Below are positions 59,693 through 64,000 of a stretch of DNA of 64,000 nt, piece after piece. Under the pieces are notes generated by a model. It was not told the DNA's origin. It was given only the letters and a program-made list of their open reading frames with translations, and did no database searches. Position 1 is the stretch's first letter, and the number at the start of each line of letters is the position of its first letter. Made by a program: the position numbers and the translations under genes. Location: NCBI GenBank assembly GCA_040901675.1, contig JBBDYJ010000038.1, positions 1 to 64,000 of the forward strand, read 5' to 3'. Origin of the DNA: Pirellulales bacterium (lineage in GTDB: Bacteria > Planctomycetota > Planctomycetia > Pirellulales > JAICIG01).

Positions 59693-59755
59693 ACGAGCGG
59701 ATTCTCTCCCGGCGGCTTGCTCCAAGCGGGCCTCAGGTAGTGGGGACTGCTTCCA

Positions 59756-59917
59756 TCACAGTCGGCCCATCAGGAACAGAATAAGGAGGATGATCAGGAT
59801 TAACCCGACGAGGCCGCCGCCCCCGGCGAGGACGTTGTTGCCGCGGCGGTAGCCGTAGCCGCCGCCCAGCACGACGAGAATCAAGATCACGACAAGGATC
59901 AGTACCAGAGGACTCAC
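59756..59917 (-). CDS. DUF3309-like small membrane protein
   Basis: Manual translation from GTG: MSPLVLILVVILILVVLGGGYGYRRGNNVLAGGGGLVGLILIILLILFLMGRL. Confidence 0.75.
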   Translation of the reverse strand: MSPLVLILVVILILVVLGGGYGYRRGNNVLAGGGGLVGLILIILLILFLMGRL

Positions 59918-60081
59918 GAATCTCCCCTTTCGATGGTCTGAGACACGGTCAAGGTTGAGGAACGCGCTTCAATCGGTTGCCCCGCGGCCAGCGTCCACCC
60001 CGTCAGGGACTCGGGGACCGGGTTCAAGAAATCCACCCGCCCTTCGGCGTCGTCGATGTTCTCCGGCGAAGGGTCCGTCAT
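59914..60081 (-). pseudogene. PAS-domain fragment
   Basis: Manual translation DAEGRVDFLNPVPESLTGW...GQPI matches the start of a PAS fold. Confidence 0.55.
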
Positions 60082-60261
60082 AACCGTCCCTCGAGGAGTC
60101 GCTTCGTCATCTGGCAGCTCGCGCCCGCGTTCGACGATAACGAAGCGTGAACCGGAATTCCAGCGAATTCCTTGGGCTTCTAGCGCTTTATCTCCAACAT
60201 CTCTAGTTCGGCCTGGACGGCCCGCCGAAACCGGTCCATGGCCGATGCGGACGCCTCGTCG

Positions 60262-60600
60262 TCAGTCAAGTATCGGGAATCCAGAGGCTGTTGACGTATT
60301 CCGCGCATGCCTCCCGCAGGCCGAGCGAGTTGCGACCACACTAGCCGCGAAGGGCAGATAAAAAGGCAGGATGGCCAGCAGATCGACGATGGCCATCGGC
60401 GTCAGGGCGAAACGCAGGCGGCCGAGGGAGTCAGCATAGTTCGGTGACGCAGTGCACGACCAAAGGCGCAGAAGGTACTCGACGGTGAACACCGCGACAG
60501 AGGCTATCTCGAACCACCGGAAAAATGCAGGTGCCGCGCTGTGGATCGGCTCGACGGTCTCCAGCACGAAGGCGGCGATGTTTGCCAGGATCAAGGCCAC
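60262..60600 (-). pseudogene. Ion transporter (voltage-gated K channel S1-S3) fragment
   Basis: LILANIAAFVLETV, FEIASVAVFTVEYLLRLW, AIVDLLAILPFYLP. S4 and pore are missing. Confidence 0.8.
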
Positions 60601-60639
60601 GAGGCCGGCCCGTACTAATTAGCGTTCGCCGTTGCGGAT

Positions 60640-60833
60640 CGCACCTCCGTCAACAGCAAGGGTTCAAGTCGGTGCTCGTGGCGCTCACGGGGTACGGGCA
60701 AGCCAAGGACCATCAGCGGGCGCAAGAAGCTGGCATCGACCTGCACTTGCTCAAGCCAGTCGGTCTCGTTGGATTGCAGGAGATTCTGGCATCGGCTGCC
60801 GCGCGAATGCGCGCCGCCCGTGTGGACGGCTGA
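60640..60833 (+). pseudogene. Receiver-domain C-terminal fragment
   Basis: LVALTGYGQAKDHQRAQEAGIDLHLLKPV with no N-terminal half. Confidence 0.7.
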
Positions 60834-60954
60834 ACCAGCCTATTTGGCCCCAGCCGGCCGGAGGAGCGCCAGATCTCCTCATTCCACGGAATGACTTTTG
60901 CATATGCGGACAGTCAGCTTCGAGGTTCCCCCCTATACCCCACCGGAAGGGGCC

Positions 60955-61311
60955 ATGCGAATCATTGTCGTGGACGACCACTGTGACAGCGCGGAGGTTT
61001 TGGCCATTCTGCTGCGGGGGAAGGAGCGCCAGGTCAAAGTTTGTCACAGCGGGACGGAGTGCTTGAGCCTTGTTGATTCTTTCGAGCCGCAATTCGTGCT
61101 GCTCGATCTTTGTATGCCTGGCATGGACGGCTGGGAGACAGCGCGGTGTCTACACGAGCACCATCCGACCGTGCGTTTGATTGCCATCACGAACCTGGAT
61201 ACCGAAAACGATCGACGGCGATCCGAAGAGGCCGGCTTCGAGCAGCACATGACCAAGCCTGTGCGGCTCGACAAGCTGCTGCCGATCATGAATCAGCTTG
61301 CGGCTGGTTGA
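60955..61311 (+). CDS. CheY-like response regulator receiver
   Basis: MRIIVVDDH, LLDLCMPGMDG, IAIT, HMTKPV. Confidence 0.88.
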   Translation: MRIIVVDDHCDSAEVLAILLRGKERQVKVCHSGTECLSLVDSFEPQFVLLDLCMPGMDGWETARCLHEHHPTVRLIAITNLDTENDRRRSEEAGFEQHMTKPVRLDKLLPIMNQLAAG

Positions 61312-61379
61312 CCTGACATGGCTCGCGGAGCGGATTCTGTCGGGCGCCAAGAATGGACGTCCAGCAATTCGGCACAAGG

Positions 61380-61721
61380 ATGCAGCGGCGACTCCTCATT
61401 GTCGAAGATCACCCCGACACGGCCGGCACACTGGCTGTCCTGGCCCGTTGCTGCCTGTTTCGAACGCTCATTGCGGCCTCTGGCTTCATGGGCGCGGACA
61501 TCTGTTCGTGGTGGAAACCCGATGTCGTGCTGATCGACTTGTCGCTTCCCGACATCGATGGCCGGGCCATGGCCTACGCCATTCGTACAGTCCTCAAGAC
61601 CGCGAAACTGATTGCGATCGGCGAGGGAGGCGTCAATGCCTTCGATCTTGAGCAAGCTGGCTTCGACGACCATGTCTTGAAGCCGGTCACCTTGGAGCGA
61701 CTGAAGGACGTGCTGCCGTAG
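61380..61721 (+). CDS. CheY-like response regulator receiver
   Basis: LLIVEDH, VLIDLSLPDIDG, GFDDHVLKPV. AAGGA upstream. Confidence 0.8.
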   Translation: MQRRLLIVEDHPDTAGTLAVLARCCLFRTLIAASGFMGADICSWWKPDVVLIDLSLPDIDGRAMAYAIRTVLKTAKLIAIGEGGVNAFDLEQAGFDDHVLKPVTLERLKDVLP

Positions 61722-61998
61722 GGCGGGACAGCTTCCAGCCGACGAGCCGCTGGTTCGCCTCGATCATGCGGTTGGAGTCGATCGAGCCGGCGCGCAGGGC
61801 GGCATAGAGAGCTTCGGTCATCGAGCGGCGTCCTTTCGTGACAAAGTGCCTACAAAACCCGCATTTGCCGCTAGCCACCACGCGTCGGATCGGATACGGC
61901 TGGTTTTCTCAGAAAACCGTTCTTCTCTGGGTTTCCGTGCCATGTACGATTTGAACGCGGTGCGCAGTAGCGATGACGTAATGTCTTTGCCAGACAAC

Positions 61999-62036
61999 AA
62001 AAAAGACTCGCTGACAGGGGCTGTCAACGAGTCTTG
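61999..62036 (-). terminator. Rho-independent terminator after the tRNA
   Basis: On the minus strand AAGACTCGTTGACAG-CCC-CTGTCAGCGAGTCTT followed by a T-run. Confidence 0.75.
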
Positions 62037-62041
62037 GCCAG

Positions 62042-62114
62042 TGGAGCGGAAGGGAGTCGAACCCTCGACCTCTGCATTGCGAACGCAGCGCTCTCCCAAC
62101 TGAGCTACCGCCCC
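62042..62114 (-). tRNA. tRNA-Ala(CGC)
   Basis: GGGGCGGTAGCTCAGTTGGGAGAGCGCTGCGTTCGCAATGCAGAGGTCGAGGGTTCGACTCCCTTCCGCTCCA. Anticodon CGC, G3:U70 pair, CCA not encoded. Confidence 0.96.
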
Positions 62115-62232
62115 AATTCCAGGCCTTCGAACCATCGCCGGCCTGCGGGACAACACATTTTAGAACCGCTCTCGAAGCTTGTCAAAAGGACCTGTTCGTA
62201 GTGACCCGCATTCATGCGGTCGGCAAACGATC

Positions 62233-63864
62233 CTACGATCCGGCCAGACCCAGGCTCCGCTGATACGCCGAGCGCTGCGCGGCCAGGCCCAGCTCTTCAG
62301 TGATCTTTCGCCACTCCGCGGCCGCCTCGTCGAGCGCCGCCTGGCTGGCCGCCTCGCCCTGCACACGGCGCCGCACCGCCCGGTCGAGAGCGGCCAGGTA
62401 ACGGCCGCGACCCGGGATGCGCGGTGAGTCGACTCCCACGTGCTCGTCCAGCGACCGCTCGACCACCTCGCCATACAGGGCCGCCGCCTCCGGATCGGCC
62501 TCGGCGCCGACCCACTTGTGCGCCTCCGCCACGTGCGACCGGCGAAACAACGTCGCGTGCCGGCTGGCCGACGACACGCCCGTGCTCAACTTGGGGTCCG
62601 ACAGCCAGGCCAACAGCCGAAAGGCCGCCTCGGCGTGCGGCGATTTCTTGCTCACCGAGCCCAACCGGCCGTCGATGCCCAATAGCGGCACATGCGGCTG
62701 CTCCTCTCGCCGCCGCTCTTGCCACTGCCGCGACTCCAGGCCGTACACGTCGATCGACCCCGGCAACTCGACAAAGCCAATCTCGATTGTGCCAGCCACG
62801 GGGTCGCCGCTCGCGGCCGATCGCGGCGCTGCCGCCCGGCCGGCCGCGCCCGCCGATCCGGGCGGTGGCCACGCGATCGCAAGGCCGCACTCACCTTGCG
62901 AAAAGGCGGCCCACACGTCCGCCGGCCCCTGGTCGAGCTGACGATGCGAACCATTGCCATACGCGGCCGCCAGCTCGTCCAGCGCCCTGACAAAGGGAGG
63001 GCCCGCGATCAAAGGCTCCATCGTCTCGATATCGAACCAGGTCGAAACCTGGTCGCGATGCCTGGCATACGGGGCCGCACGCGCCAACAGCGCCAGCCCG
63101 GCCCAACCTTCGGCCAGCGGCTCCAGCGCGCCGGCCCACCGCGGTTGTTCGCCGCCGCCATCCGGCTGTTCTTGACCCGGCTGTTCTTGACCCGGCTGTT
63201 CTTGACCGGCCTGTTCTTGACTGGCCTGCTCTTCACTGGCAGTGGCCGCCCCCTGTTTGGCCAGCAGCTCGGCCAACTGCTGATACTCCTTCCAGGTGCG
63301 AGGCGGTTCGCGGCCGATCCGGCGGAGCAAGTCGGCCCGGTACGCGCAAACCAGCACGGGCGAACCGAACGGGACCGCATAAGGGGTCGCCCCCCAGACG
63401 GCATCGCGGTTCTTGGGGGACTCGAAGACGTCGGGCCAGTCAAGCGACGGATCCTGCGGCAGAGTGTCGTCCAGCGGCGCAAGCCAATCGCGCTCGGCCA
63501 GGAGCCCCAGGTCGCGGACCGGATAGATCAGGCAGTCGGCGTCCAACGGGCCGGCAGCCAGAAGCGCCTGCTCGGATGTCTCGGCAACTTCCAGCTCGGC
63601 CCCCGAGCTGCCTTGCCACTGGCCTCGCAGCAGACGGAGCGCCTTGGCCATCTCCGGGTCATCGACGACCAGCAGCTTGAGCGTAATGCCAGCCAGCGGC
63701 GGGCCGCCCCTTACGGTGGCTTGATTGGACTTGTTCTCGCCGCGAAAACAGCCGCCCGCCAACAGCAGGCAGACCACTGCCAGCCTGCGCCAGGGCGCTC
63801 GGCGGCTTGGCTCGAGATCGGTATCCGAACAACCTTCCACAATCAGGCTCGCTTGTTCTGTCAT
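62233..63864 (-). CDS. ABC transporter extracellular solute-binding lipoprotein
   Basis: LLLAGGC lipobox, YAVPFGSP, YRADLL, PPRTWKEY, AAFRLLAWLS, ALDEAAAEW. Contains a QEQPG repeat insert. Confidence 0.85.
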   Translation of the reverse strand: MTEQASLIVEGCSDTDLEPSRRAPWRRLAVVCLLLAGGCFRGENKSNQATVRGGPPLAGITLKLLVVDDPEMAKALRLLRGQWQGSSGAELEVAETSEQALLAAGPLDADCLIYPVRDLGLLAERDWLAPLDDTLPQDPSLDWPDVFESPKNRDAVWGATPYAVPFGSPVLVCAYRADLLRRIGREPPRTWKEYQQLAELLAKQGAATASEEQASQEQAGQEQPGQEQPGQEQPDGGGEQPRWAGALEPLAEGWAGLALLARAAPYARHRDQVSTWFDIETMEPLIAGPPFVRALDELAAAYGNGSHRQLDQGPADVWAAFSQGECGLAIAWPPPGSAGAAGRAAAPRSAASGDPVAGTIEIGFVELPGSIDVYGLESRQWQERRREEQPHVPLLGIDGRLGSVSKKSPHAEAAFRLLAWLSDPKLSTGVSSASRHATLFRRSHVAEAHKWVGAEADPEAAALYGEVVERSLDEHVGVDSPRIPGRGRYLAALDRAVRRRVQGEAASQAALDEAAAEWRKITEELGLAAQRSAYQRSLGLAGS

Positions 63865-63909
63865 TCTGGCCCGTTCATCGTTGAGCCGAGCAAGACATCC
63901 TAGACGGCC

Positions 63910-64000
63910 TTAACGGATCGCGTCAAACACGCGTATCGAGTGCCGGATGGCGGCGACCAGTTTGTCTGTTTTCTCCCGTTCATCCTTCACCTTGTCGCCT
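63910..64000 (-). CDS. 3' end of a gene running off the window
   Basis: Open frame ...GDKVKDEREKTDKLVAAIRHSIRVFDAIR*. Confidence 0.35.
   Translation of the reverse strand, partial: GDKVKDEREKTDKLVAAIRHSIRVFDAIR

Noticed and set aside
47700..62040. att-site duplicate of the tRNA-Ala 3' end, or a prophage
   Set aside because: I found no second copy of the tRNA end, no intact integrase and no phage structural genes.

Overview
GC-rich bacterial window, most likely Planctomycetota (inferred from DUF1501, the PRC-barrel protein, ECF/anti-sigma pair and LRR proteins with an RQYSLSTLL-type anchor). It has three parts. (1) 1-26.6 kb is a defence island: a complete single-ORF IS66-family element that has cut off the start of a Cro/CI HTH gene, a YhcG/DUF1016 nuclease, and a full type-1 BREX operon (brxA, brxB, brxC, pglX, pglZ, brxL). 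Six extra genes sit inside the operon, most joined by overlapping stop/start codons: two HEPN-like proteins, a Septu/PtuAB-like ATPase+HNH pair, and a metal TIM-barrel plus PD-(D/E)xK pair. Two more HEPN-like genes flank it, one broken by a single extra base in an A6 run. This composite system is the most interesting feature of the window. (2) 26.7-47.6 kb is mostly housekeeping (phosphomutase, uvrC, mraZ-like, pyrG, kdsB, glmS, Ski2-like helicase, DUF1501, lactonase). It also holds a small transposase-less element with nested inverted repeats around a CHC2 zinc-finger ORF, and several families of nested palindromic and heptamer repeats. (3) 47.7-62 kb is an accessory, decaying region (gene fragments, LRR protein, B12-binding protein, ECF sigma with WD40 anti-sigma, a tandem membrane-protein array, orphan receiver domains) ending at tRNA-Ala(CGC), followed by a solute-binding lipoprotein. 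No CRISPR array, rRNA, reverse transcriptase or intact integrase was seen. All product calls come from motif recognition by eye, not database searches.
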